DNA of 64,000 nt from Mobula hypostoma (Eukaryota). A program made the translations under genes and the position numbers. Of the stretch, positions 1 through 12,895 are shown in pieces. Position 1 is the stretch's first letter. Every line of letters begins with the position of its first letter. The notes under the pieces are model-generated. The model was not told where the DNA came from. It did not search any database and saw only the letters and a program-made list of their open reading frames with translations. The stretch spans positions 11,780,001 to 11,844,000 of the forward strand of contig NC_086109.1 of assembly GCF_963921235.1 (NCBI RefSeq), in the 5' to 3' direction.

Positions 1-690
1 GGGGGGAGGGAAAGGTGTGCTTAGTGGTGGGATCCCGTTGGAGGTGGCGGAAGTTACGGAGAATAATATGTTGGACCCGGAGGCTGGTGGGGTGGTAGGT
101 GAGGACCAGGGGAACCCTATTCCTAGTGGGGTGGCGGGAGGATGGAGTGAGAGCAGATGTACGTGAAATGGGAGAGATGCGTTTAAGAGCAGAGTTGATA
201 GTGGAGGAAGGGAAGCCCCTTTCTTTAAAAAAGGAGGACATCTCCCTCATCCTAGAATGAAAAGCCTCATCCTGAGAGCAGATGCGCGGAGACGGAGGAA
301 TTGCGAGAAGGGGATGGCGTTTTTGCAAGAGACAGGGTGAGAAGAGGAATAGTCCAGATAGCTGTGAGAGTCAGTAGGCTTATAGTAGACATCAGTGGAT
401 AAGCTGTCTCCAGAGACAGAGACAGAAAGATCTAGAAAGGGGAGGGAGGTGTCGGAAATGGACCAGGTAAACTTGAGGGCAGGGTGAAAGTTGGAGGCAA
501 AGTTAATAAAGTCAACGAGCTCTGCATGCGTGCAGGAAGCAGCGCCAATGCAGTCGTCGATGTAGCGACGGAAAAGTGGGGGACAGATACCAGAATAGGC
601 ACGGAACATAGATTGTTCCACAAAGCCAACGAAAAGGCAGGCATAGCTAGGACCCATACGGGTGCCCATAGCTACACCTTTAGTTTGGAG
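1..690 (-). mobile_element. Penelope-like element, RT C-terminal fragment
   Basis: ORF 247-669 contains MGTRMGPSYACLFVG and RRYIDD, typical Penelope RT motifs; continues off the window edge. Confidence 0.85.
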
Positions 691-699
691 GAAGTGGGA

Positions 700-1667
700 G
701 GATTATGGAATAGATGGCTTTGTGGCTAAGTTTGCTGATGATACGAAGATAGGTGGAGGGGCCGGTAGTGCTGAGGAAACAGAGTCTGCAGAGAGACTTG
801 GATAGATTGGAAGAATGGGCAAAGAAGTGGCAAATGAAATACAATGTTGGAAAGTATATGGTTATGCACTTTGACAGAAGAAATAAACGGGCAGACTATT
901 ATTTAAATGGGGAGAGAATTCAAAGTTCTGAGATGCAACGGGACTTGGGAGTCCTCGTGCAGGATACCCTTAAGGTTAACCTCCAGGTTGAGTCGGTGGT
1001 GAAGAAGGCGAATGCAATGTTGGCATTCATTTCTAGAGGAATAGAGTATAGGAGCAGGGATGTGATGTTGAGGCTCTATAAGGAGCTGGTGAGACCTCAC
1101 TTGGAGTACTGTGGGCAGATTTGGTCTCCTTATTTAAGAAAGGATGTGCTGACGTTGGAAAGGGTACAGAGAAGATTCACTAGAATGCTTCTGGGAATGA
1201 GAGGGTTAACATATGAGGAACATTTGTCCGCTCTTGGACTGTATTCCTTGGACTTTAGAAGAATGAGGGGGGACCTCATAGAAACATTTCGAATGTTGAA
1301 AGGCATGGACAGAGTGGATGTGGCAAAGTTGTTTCCCATGATGGGGGAGTCTAGTACGAGAGGGCATGACTTGAGGATTGAAGGGCGCCCATTCAGAACA
1401 GAGATGTGAAGAAATTTTTTTAGCCAGAGGGTGGGGAATCTATGGAATTTGTTGCCACGGGCAGCAGTGGAGGCCAAGTCACTGGGTGTACTTAAGGCAG
1501 AGATTGACAGGTATCTGAGTAGCCAGGGCATCAAAGGTTATGGTGAGAAGACGGGGGAGTGGGACTAAATGGGAGAATGGATCAGCTCATGATAAAATGG
1601 CGGAGCAGACTCAATGGGCCGAATGGCCAACTTCTGCTCCTTTGTCTTATGGTCTTATGGTCTTATG
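700..1667 (+). mobile_element. 5'-truncated CR1 (HER1-like) LINE 3' end
   Basis: LQRDLDRLEEWAKKWQMKYNVGK...LVRPHLEYC...RMRGDLIE; 3' UTR ends in (GGTCTTAT)n. Confidence 0.9.
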
Positions 1668-3267
1668 TTCACATGGAGTGCTGAGTCCTGTTTTCACTGA
1701 TGACAATATATTCTTAGAAGTTTTATGTGACTGTTGTGTAGATTTTTAATATCTGTTATTCCTCTTCCTCCTTCTGTCCAAGGTCGTGTTAATCTAAGTG
1801 CATTAGCATGTACATAACGTTTTCTGAAATCTGTCATTTTTTTCTTCTTATTTTTCTTTGTAAATTTTCTAGGTCTGTTTCAGACCAAGATATCATGTCG
1901 AAAGGATACATTAATATAGATGTAGCAAAGGTGTTTATTGTCTTTGTTATGTTTTTATTGCTGAGCTCTACTTAAGGTGGTAAAACCTGAGATACAGGAA
2001 TAGCCAAGTACGCTCATTTCTCAATTGCTAGGAACTTTGGAGTATTCTAGTGCTGTTTAGTATTGTGGCTTTCTGAAGGTTTACATAGATACTATTATTA
2101 ATATTATTATTATTATTATTTCCTTTTTTGTGTTTCCAAAATTTGTTATCTTTTGCAGATTGGTTGTTTGACTGTCTCTGCCCTGTGTGGTTTTCATTGA
2201 TTCTATTGAATTTCTTTCTATTTTCTGTAACTGCTTGCAAGAAAATTAAGCTCAGGGTGGTATATGGAGTAATACTGTATTTGTACTTTGGTAATAAATT
2301 TACTTTGAACTTTGAAATGTTTAAAAAGTTGTTGCTGTTTTGCTCATAGCCTGTTCTGCATTTTATTCAGCAGCTTCAGTTTACCCTTTAAGTGTATGGG
2401 CTTTCATGGGGACTGAGAGACTTACTGGCAGGTCATAAATCCTTGCCTAAATTTTATAATCTCTAAATTAGTTTTCCTTATGTCATCTGTCGATCCTTGC
2501 AAATTGCTGTAAATACCTTCCCTCGGCCCGGAATTTCTCTAATTATGGGAGCAGTTTCACACACGGGGCAACTTAGATCTCTGGAAATTCCAAGTTTTGA
2601 CAACCCTCTCATCTCTTAAAAATATACACAGAATGTTCTGCTTTTCTTTGGTTCCTGCAAAAGTAGATAATTTCACAATTCTTCATATCATTTTGCAATT
2701 AATTTTTGTCCAGTCTCCAAACGGGCTTTATACTAGTACAATATGGCCCGTAACAGTCCACTTCGTGCACTAAAAAATAGAAAATGATTTTAAAAATAGA
2801 TAATCGATAAAGCTTTGTCATTTGCTGGGACATGCCCGTGCTTAAATCAGCTTTAATTATTTGAAAAGGAAATATAAATGCATCTATCTACAGTAGATGA
2901 TGCACAAAGCTGATGAAAATAAGGAAAACTTGGATCATCTTCAAAAAATCCCAAAGCGATTTGCAACCATGTCATATTGTAATGAAGAAAGTATGATGGC
3001 TGATTTGTGTACAAGTTGATACATACACCCAGAAATGTAGGGCACTAATTCTGATCCCCTTGTTTCCATGGTTGGATATGTCCAATTCTCTAGGAAACAA
3101 TATATACAGAAGGTGGAGAAATTGAATGATAGAGATCGCAAGATATTCCATCCATTTAAATTAGCTGCCAACATGCAAGCTCTTCTGATTGTCCCTAGTT
3201 ATACTAAAATCTAACTTGCATATTATCAAATACCAATATGATTTCAAGAAGAGTTGCAGTCACTTAC

Positions 3268-3307
3268 CTGACAGAGTGATCATGAAATAAAGAAACACAA
3301 AGTCCAT
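3268..3307 (-). CDS. Leader exon of the next (downstream) gene, MDFVFLYFMITLS-G; the rest lies left of the window
   Basis: ATGGACTTTGTGTTTCTTTATTTCATGATCACTCTGTCAG|GTAAGT. 40 nt, phase 1, hydrophobic; same strand and structure as the cluster leaders. Confidence 0.65.
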
Positions 3308-3344
3308 GCTTTACTGCTTTTGAATCCTGTGAAGCTTATGATAT

Positions 3345-3410
3345 TGTTCCTATTTTATATCTGCACAGCTCTACTGAGTTTCATTGGTTGCAGGAAGCAT
3401 ATTTATAGAA
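3345..3410 (-). promoter_or_regulatory. Candidate promoter of the downstream gene: TATA-like boxes and an Ets (GGAA) site
   Basis: TATAAATA on the minus strand at 3400-3407, TATAAAA at about 3353-3359, and CAGGAAG at 3391-3397, all within about 100 nt of the ATG. Motif match only. Confidence 0.35.
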
Positions 3411-3829
3411 ATAGGGTGGAACCTGTGACAAAATGAATTACTCTGATATTTATATTTTCATGATTCCAGCTCTCTGCTAATCTCAAGAATAGCCATTAAG
3501 GAATGGCTGAGTAAATATTGTTTTTAGTGACTGTATTTTGAGATCTTATGATAAATTATTTCTTAAAACTGGTGGAATGGAATACCAAATTGCTCTGTCT
3601 TTGATAGCTGGCTGGGTCATGTGTTAAACAGCAGATGCTCTGTTTAATTCAGAATAGACCGACGTAATTAAGGACCTGACCTTAAGGTGTGCGAAAGGAG
3701 GTAAGGTGGAAACTATTGACAGAAGATGCTAGAAATACTCAGCAGGTCAGGCAGCATCTGTGGAGAGAGAAGAAGGCAGGAAAGATGGATAGGACAAAAG
3801 GAATATCAATAATAGAGACCAGTTCAAGT

Positions 3830-5480
3830 GGGTTATGGGGCAATTGTAGGCTTATTCAGAAGGTTAAGGCACATGGGGTCCAAGGTGAGCTCGCTAATTG
3901 GATCTAAACTTAGTTTGGTGATAGAAGCAGAAGATAGGATGTTTTTCACATAGGAAGATGCTGACTAGTGAATACACAGGGATTGGTGCTGTTACCATTG
4001 ATCTTTGTAATGGTTACTAATGACCTGGATGTGAATAGAAGAGGTATTTCAAGATTCAAGAATCAAGATTCATTTATGATCAAAGAATGTATAAGTTATA
4101 CAACCTTGAGATTTGCTTGCTTTTATTATCAAAGAATGTATAAATTATACAACCTTTAGACTTGCTTGCTGACAGGTAGCACAAAGCAAGAAACCTGAAA
4201 GAGCCCAATTAAAAAAAAATGAAAATAGAAAAGTAAAAGACAAACACTCGATGTGCAAGAGAAAGAAAAAAGAAATTTTGATCATGCAAACAATTGAAGC
4301 GATCAACAACAGCATTCCAAACCAAAAATTAAGTTGTCATAATCTGAACCCCAGACAAGGCCCAAAGCCTTACTTATCAATTCAACATATTAGTGGACAT
4401 GGAGTACAACAGCTGGGGCAGTCTTCATAGCCTCAGCACCACTGAGATAGCTACCACAGAGAACAAGCGAAATAGGCTGTTGTCCCGACCAACACCCTTG
4501 TCTTTTCAGTCTATCTAGGCCGGCATTTAAATTGACTCAACAGCGGAACAGTGAAAGGCTCCAGCACCCTGAAGAAGGAGCGAAGATCACAGAGAGTGAG
4601 TGAAATTGGCTCTCACCTCTGATCTAGGCCAGTGTTTAAATGGCCTAAACAGCGAATTGTAAGCACGGCAACCAGCCCTTTTGACCCAATGAACCCATGC
4701 TGTCGATGTGACCAAGTAACTTACTAATCCATACGTCTTTGGAATATGAAATGAAGCTGGAGCACCCAGAGGGATCTTACACAGACATGGGAGGAGTGTA
4801 CAAACTCCCTATGCACAATGATAGGATTGGAACCCAAGTCACTGGCATTAGAGATGACACAAACATTACTGGCACTGTGATTAGTCAGGAAGGTTGTCTA
4901 AGGAAAGGTGGACGGAATTTAATCACATGAAGTGCAAAGCAACTCGCTTGACAAGTGAAGTCGAGATAGGACACATGCAATAAGTGGTTGGGCTCAAAGG
5001 AATGTCGATAAACAGACACATAGTGCTCAGCTTCATAACTCCCCCGATAGCAGCAACACAGATTGGCAGAGAGTTGAAGAAGGCCGGTAATGTGTCCACC
5101 TTCATTGTTTGTGACATAGAATGTAAGAATTGAGATGCTATGTTACAACTTTCCTTAACTATGGTTCAGTTATACTTTGAGCATTGGGGGCACTTTTCTT
5201 TGCCATGCCATAGGAACGTTGTGAGTATGCTGAAGAGAATGCAGAGGAGAATCACCAGAATGTTGCCTGGGCTGGAGGACTTCAGGCAGAGGAGAGATTG
5301 GATAGGCAAGACTTGTTTATTTTGGAGTGAAGGAGGCTGAGGGATGATATGATAGATACTGCATATGAATGGCACAGTTAAGGTAGATAGTTAAACTATT
5401 CTCTTGGTAGGAGTATGAAAAACAAGACAGCATAGCTTGAAGATGGGAGGAAGGTGTTTTAAAGGAGATCTGTAGGCTAT
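3830..5480 (+). mobile_element. Decayed CR1 fragments (about 3830-4040 and 5110-5480) interrupted by other repeats
   Basis: LIQKVKAHGVQGELANWI; MQRRITRMLPGLEDF. Confidence 0.6.
4079..4170. repeat. About 49-bp unit tandem duplication (2 copies)
   Basis: atcaaagaatgtataa(g/a)ttatacaacctt(g/t)aga(t/c)ttgcttgct occurs twice. Confidence 0.8.
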
Positions 5481-6644
5481 GTTTTACACAAAGTGATGCT
5501 GATATCTGGAATGTTCTGCCAAAAGAAGTGGAGAAGTTAGATACGAGAAGAAATTAGACAATCTCCACAATAGGAGAGGAATAGGAGGACATGGTCTAGT
5601 ATCGATAGGCATAAGGTTTGGCATAGGAGTGGTGGGCTTGAACTTTGAACATGTAGTGAAATGTGTCATTTATGTCAATGACCAGCACAGTCCAAGCAAA
5701 GTGTCACCACACTTCTGCCACTGACGTAGCATGCCCACAACTTACTAACCCTAATGGAATGTGGAAAGAAACCGTAGCACCACAGGAAACTCACGCAGTC
5801 ACGGGGAGAATAAACTTCTTTACAGGCAGCAGCCTTACAGGGAATCAAACCTGGACCGGTGATCGGTAGTGCAGTAAAGTGATTGTGCTATACCACTGTA
5901 CTGTGCTCTCCAATATTGATGAGATGTTATGGTCATCTAGTACTACTGCAATTAATTTGCTTGGCTTCCAAGTGCTCTATAAGGAAATGGAAGTTTCTTT
6001 TGCTATCAGTTCATTTTTAATCCAGTTTCAGTCACACTGGAGCCAAGCTTTCTGATGAACTCTAATAATCCACTACTTGTAACATTTCCTCTGACCTTAG
6101 GCTGATTGCGTGAATGGGGGAGAAGTCTTTTGTTAATTTATCTTTTGAAGAGTGGTTCTCTTAATAATCCTTGCATAAGTATCTCCCTGTGAACTCTCCT
6201 TAAATAACATGATGGGATATTTTACCATGTTAAAAATACACTGTAAGTAAGTTGTTGCTTTAACACCTCAGCTATAACTCAAATGGTATTTATAAATGGT
6301 AATTACAAAACTGTTTGTCTTGCTTATTCCTAAAAACCATTGAAGAGTGATCGTAGCCTTCATCATCATAGGAACTGGTCAAACTTCGGGGTAGGTATGG
6401 ACCTTGTTGTAATGTAGAACATGTGACACTGAACTAATGATCTCTCATTAATGTTATTGCAAAATTAATATCGCTCCTTGTCAGTCTAGTTTATAGTATA
6501 TTCAAAATGTTATAAGGTATGTTCCTCAAATCACAACATGGACTTTGCCCAAAAAGTTACACCGGAGAATATGATAACTCTACGAGAATTGTAGGGAGCC
6601 ACCATTACACAAGAACATTTTTGACCTATTAAAACCTTTGACTC

Positions 6645-7345
6645 CATCATAAGACCATGAGACCATTTGGCCCATCGAGCCTGCTCTGCCATTCCATCAT
6701 GGCTGATTTATTATCCCTCACAGCCCCCTTCTCCTGACTTCTCCCCTAACCCAATGGCCTTACTAATCAAGAACCTATCAACCTTCGCTTTAAATATACC
6801 CAATTACTTTGCCTCCACTGCCATCTGTAGCAATGAATTCGACAGGTTCACTACCCTCTGGCTAAAGAAATTCCTCCTCATTTCTGCTCCAAAAGGATGT
6901 CCTTGTATTCTGAGGTTGTGCCCTCTGGACCTAGAGTCCCCCACTACAGAAAACATTCTCTCAATATCCATTCTATCTACATATTTCAATATTTGATAAG
7001 TTTCTGTGAAATCATCCCTCATTCTTCTAAGCTCCAGCAAGTACAGGCTCAGAGCCATCAAACGTTCCTAATACATTAACTCTTTAAATCCTAGGATCAT
7101 TCTCTTGAACCTCTCCAATGTCAGCACATCCTCTCTTAGATAAATGGTCCAAAACTGCCCACAATGGTCCAAGTGTGGTCTGACCAATGACTTATAAGGC
7201 CTCAGCATTACATCCTTGCTTTTATATTCTACTCCTTCTGATATGAATGATAACATTGCATTTGCCTTCCTTACCACCAACTCAACTTGCAAGTTAACCT
7301 TTAGGGAATCCTGAACAAGGACTTCGAAGTTCTGCTACACCTCTG
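6645..7345 (-). mobile_element. CR1 LINE 3' fragment
   Basis: QVELVVRKANAMLSFI...LVRPHLDHC; RRMRDDFTETYQILK; ATGGTCT(T/C)-type tail near 6650. Confidence 0.85.
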
Positions 7346-7519
7346 AGTTTTGAATTTTCTTCCCATTACTACAATGCTGTACATCAGTCCTGCGGAGTGG
7401 AGCTGATGTTCAGAACTAATAAGAAGCTATTCATCCGACAGAGGCCACACCTCACTTGATCTCCAGTAGCTGAATTGCAGTCTATAGATGACACCTGCAT
7501 CTGTAATAACCTCAATAAT

Positions 7520-8785
7520 AAGCAAATGCTTTGAGAGGTTGGTCAATGACTACATCTGCAGCTTGCTACCACCCACACTGCACCCCCTACAATTCACCTA
7601 CCGTCACAACTGATCAACGGATGACGTACTAGCCATAGCTTAACACACCACCCTTATACATCTGGAGATGAAGGATGCTTATATGAAAATGCTGTTCTTG
7701 GACTATAGTTCAATATTCAACACCATAAATCCCTTCAGGCTTGACAAGAAGCTCAGAGACCTTGGCCTTCACCTTGCGCAGCTGGATCCTGGACTTCCTG
7801 TCAGGTTGTCGGCAGGTGGTAAGAGTGGGCTCCCTCACCTCTGCCCCTCTGACCCTCAACACAGGTGCCCCTCAGGGCTGTGTCCTAAGCCCCCTCCTTT
7901 ATTCTCTGTATACCCATGACTGTGTCGCCACCCACAACGCCAATTTGTTAATTAAATTTGCTGATGACACTACATCGATTGACATTATCTCAAATAATAA
8001 CGAGGCAGCCTATAGAGAAGAAGTCCTCACCCTGACACAGTGGTGTCAAGAAAACAACCTCTCCCTCAATGTCGCAAAAACAAAGGGGGTAGTTGTGGAT
8101 TACAGGAGGAATGGAGACAGGCTAACCCTATTAACATCAGTAGATCTTTGGTCAAGAGGGTGAACAGCTTTAAGTTCCTTGGCAAACACATGACCGAGGA
8201 TCTTGTGTGGCCTGTACATACCGGCTGTGTGGTGAAAAAGGCACAGCAGCGTCTCTTTCACCTCAGATGGTTGAAGAAGTTTGTTATGGGCTCCCAAATC
8301 CTAAGAACTTTCTACAGGGGCACAATTGAAAGCATCCTGATTGGCTACATCACTGCCTGGCATGGGAATTGTACTTCTTTCAATCGCAGGACTCTACAGA
8401 GAGTGATGTGGACAGCCCAGTGCATCTGTAGATGTGAACTTCCCACTATTCAGGACATTTACAAAGACAGGTGTGTAGAAAGGGCCTGAAGGATCATTGG
8501 GAACCCAAGTCACCAGAAACACAAACTTTTCCAGCTGCTACATCCAGGAAACAGTACTGCAGCGTAAAAGCCAGGACCAATGTGCTCCAGGACAGCTTCT
8601 TCTACCAGACTGATTAATTCAAGCTGATACAATTGTATTTCAATGCTACATTGACTGTCCTGTTATACATATTATTTATTACAAATTGCTATAAATTGCA
8701 CATTTCACATTTAGATGGAGACGTAACGTCAAGATATTTACTCCTCATGCATGTGAATGATGTAAGACATAAAGTCAAGTCAATT
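7520..8785 (+). mobile_element. Rex1/Babar-like LINE, frameshifted RT and 3' end
   Basis: MLFLDYSSIFNTI; TGAPQGCVLSPLLYSLYTHDC; KFADDT; KAQQRLFHLR. Confidence 0.85.
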
Positions 8786-9819
8786 CAATGCACTGGGACA
8801 TTGTGTTCCCATCCATCATTGCTGATGTCACTGAAACATGTGAGAGAATAGGCTTTACACACAACATTGACAATATAAAAGTCCTCTACCAACCTGCACA
8901 ACACTGCCCTCTGACAATAAAGGTTCTTGGCAAGATGATGGATAATTTGGACCACTTCTCGCCTCTTGACAAAACCAGCTGTCACGGATGAAAATCATCA
9001 TCGATGCACAAGCACAGATTTTGACTAATTAAGGAAAAGGGTGTTTGAAAATTATTACTGCAGACCTAAAACAAAGCATTTATATTTTTTCTATTTACTT
9101 AGAGCTATATCCATTGTATCCAGTATAAGGTGGCACTGGTGAAGCTCAGAGACTACTTGTTGGTGGCAAACAAAACCAAAAAAACAACTAAATACTTCAT
9201 TAATTACACTTAATAAATGATCACTAAGCAGTAGCCTGTAACTTCTTTATTGGAGTTAAGCCTTGGAACTTCCTTTACAATCTGGTATTTTTGCAGTGTG
9301 AACTGAAGGAGTGGGAGTCTTGGAGGAGTGGGTCAGTAGCAGTGTGGTGTGAATAGGCCGAATTGAGGCACCAGGGCCTGGGCATGAGAGCGGGGAATGA
9401 ACCAATGTTTGGCTGGAGTGGACATGGAGGCAATTTGATGAGGCAGAACCGAGGTGAGGCAGAGTTGAGGTAGATCCTGGGCCCGAGAGTGAGGAAAGAC
9501 CTGAGGTTTGATTGACTTCAGCACTAGCCTGAATTGGAAAGGCCAGGTGTGGGATGAGATGAGGCGGCAGGGCTCAGGCCCGAGAGCATATCAACGCGGC
9601 AAGGCCCAGGTCTGAGGACAAGGAATAACCCTAAGTTTTGATGATTTAAGCACTGGACACCATTAAAATAATAATCTTGAAATAATAACAATAAATCACT
9701 TAACTGATTCCAGGGTTATTTCTTGCATTGTCCATAACGAGTTTTCATTAAGATAAATTTTATTAAACATACATCTATTGCATTGGTTATCTAAGATTAC
9801 TTCAGTCTAAGATCCCCTC

Positions 9820-11291
9820 GTGTTTTAAGAAGGCAACGATAATCCCAGTGCTGAAGAAGAGCAAGGTGGCATGCCTGAATGACTATCGACCTGTAGCTCT
9901 GACATCAATTGCTATGAAGTGCTTTGAGAGATTGATTATGGCACACATCAACCACAGCCTACCGGTCAACATCGACACTTTGCAATTTGCCTACCAGAGC
10001 AACAGGTCAATGGCAGATGCCATCTCTCTGGCTCTACATTCCTCCTTAGAACACCTGGAGAATAAAGATGCATACGTAAGGATCCTTTTCATTGACTACA
10101 GCTCTGCCTTTAATACCATCATTCCAAATAAACTGATTCCTAAGCTCCAGAACCTGGGCCTTAGCACTCAGATCTGCAGCTGGATCTTCAACTTCCTCAC
10201 AGACAGGACCTAGGCTGTAAAAATAGGGGACAAGCTCTCCTCTACAATCACTCTGAGCACTGGTGCCCCACAAGGCTGTGTACTCAGCCCCCTGCTGTAC
10301 TCACTGTACACTCGTGATTGTATAGCCAAGTTTCCATCAAACTCAATATATAAGTTTGCTGATGACACAACAAATTGTAGGGCATATCTCGGGTAATGAT
10401 GAGTTTGAGTACAGAGAGGAAATTAAGAACCTGGTGGCATGGTGCGAAGACAATAACCTATCCCTCAATGTCAGCAAGATGAAGGAATTGGTTGTTGACT
10501 TCAGAAGGAGTAGCGGACTGCACAACCCAATTTACATTGGTGGTGCGCAAGTGGAACAGGTCAAAAGCTTTAAGTTCCTCGGGGTCAATATCACAAATGA
10601 CCTGACTTGGTCCAATCAAGCAGAGTTCACTGCCAAGAAGGCCCACCAGCGCCTTTACTTCCTGAGAAAACTAAAGAAATTTGGCCTGTCCCCTAAAACG
10701 CTCACTAATTTTTATAGATGCACCGTAGAAAGCATTCTTTTAGGGTGCATCACAACCTGGTATGGAAGTTGTCCTGTCCAAGACCGAAAGAAGCTACAGA
10801 AGATCATGAACACGGCACAGCACATCACGCAAACCAATCTTCTGTCCTTGGACTCACTTTACACCGCATGCTGTCGGAGCAGTGCTGCCAGGATAATCAA
10901 GGACACAACCCACCCAGCCAACACACTTTTCGTCCCTCTTCCCTCCGGGAGAAGGCTCAGGAGCTTGAAGACTCGTACGGCCAGATTTGGGAACAGCTTC
11001 CTTCCAACTATGATAAGACTGCTGAATGGCTCCTGACCCGGATCTGGGCCGTACCCTCCAAATATCCGGACCTGCCTCTCGGTCTTTTTTTGCACTACCT
11101 TACTTTCCATTTTTCTATTTTCTATTGATGATTTATAATTTAAATTTTTAATATTTACTAATTTTAACTATTTTAAATATTTTTAATATTTAATATTTGT
11201 AATCCAAGGAGTGGGAAGCACAGAATCAAATATCGCTGTGATTGATTGTACGTTCTAGTACCAATTGTTTGGCGATAATAAAGTATAAAGT
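9820..11291 (+). mobile_element. Rex1/Babar-like LINE, 5'-truncated, with (TAAAGTA)n tail
   Basis: [19 protein letters not shown]; [17 protein letters not shown]; KKAHQRLYFLRKL. Few disruptions. Confidence 0.9.
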
Positions 11292-12895
11292 ATCATTATG
11301 TCCTTAGGGAATAAAGTATTGCTACCCCAGGAAGAAAAGCTACCATTAAAGGTTGATGTGACTGGTGAGTTAAATTGTTCCATAATTTTACAGTTACCAC
11401 TTATTGGAAGTGGAAAATCAGCAGGTGAAAATAGGTCTGCATGACAGAACTTATCCCTTATGGACTTTTAGTAGATCATTCTGGTTGTTATGGTGATTGA
11501 GAGCAAATCCTCAACTCAATGGATCTGATGACATCAAATTATAAATATCCAGAAGATTAGACAGCATTGGTGGAGAATGAAATTTTGAGTTAAATGTTGA
11601 CTAAGTAAATGATTCTTAAGTCAATCATTACACAAAGTATGATTACACCCCACTCCCTGCCCTCTCCCTTCCCCTTTTCCTAAACATGATTTGCCTCTCC
11701 TGGCTCCTTCCCACTCTCAGTCCACAGTAGAGACCCATATCAGAATCAGGTTGATTATCACTAACACATGTCATGAAATTTGTTAACTTAGCAGCAGCAG
11801 TACAATGCAATACATAATAATATATAAAGAAAAAAATTAACCAAATAAATCAATTACATTAAGTATATATATATATATGTATACGGAATAGATTAAAGAT
11901 AGAGACAATGGGCCAAGTTCATTATTGAGCTGTGCCACTGTATTGCAGGCTGCAAAATATTTTGTTATTTACTGTATCAGGAGTGGCAAACCTTTTTTGA
12001 GAGCATGTCTCCAAATTAGTGATAATCTGAAAAATATTCTTGTGTTCCATGGTAATTTTGATTTGTATTGATTCATGAATTAGTATCAATTCAAAGATTC
12101 AAAGTATGACTGAATTAATTAATTAATGAAATTTTACTTTTTGGTCAGTACAAACATTACAAAAAGCATAATTTTCAATGATGATTTCATAGGACAAAAT
12201 TAAATGATAAAAATAATATCTTTAAAGAGTATACTGCTAGTGTCTTCCACGATGAAGACCGATGCAAAATACTTATTTTCTATCAATCTTCACTGCAGTA
12301 AGTAATGCTGACAATTATTGTCCATCCCTAACTAATTCTCTGCTGGACAGGAGTCAATGGCATTGGTTTGGAATCAAATATAAACCAAACTATATTTACA
12401 GATTTTCATTCCTGAGGAACACTTGTGATCTTCCTGTATTTGGCAAACTTTAGTGAAAATTTCAGGAACACTTAATTACTTGAATGTAAATTCCATGATT
12501 AAACTTATGTCTTGATCAATAACCCCCAAACTCTTTCTGTTCATTCATTAATTTAATCTTGGTCCCTACAGATTTTAAACAGGAGTCTTTCTCCTGATCC
12601 ATTGAATATTAGGAGAAAGAACTGAAAATAATTCTTTAGTTACAAGTTCCTGAACATTCACAGTCACCCCATTTTCCCACTGCCTTAACTGGGATAGAAT
12701 TCCTTCTCCTTGCCTACCAGTTATAAATTGGAGGACCACTTCGTTGAATACCTCCCTCCAACTGCCTAAAGTGAAATTCCCAAACATTCTAATTCCGATT
12801 CCCATTTCCGTTCCAACATGTCAGTCCATGGTCTACTCTTGTGCCATGATGAGGCCACCCTCAGGGTAGAGAAGTAACACTTTATGTTCTATGTG

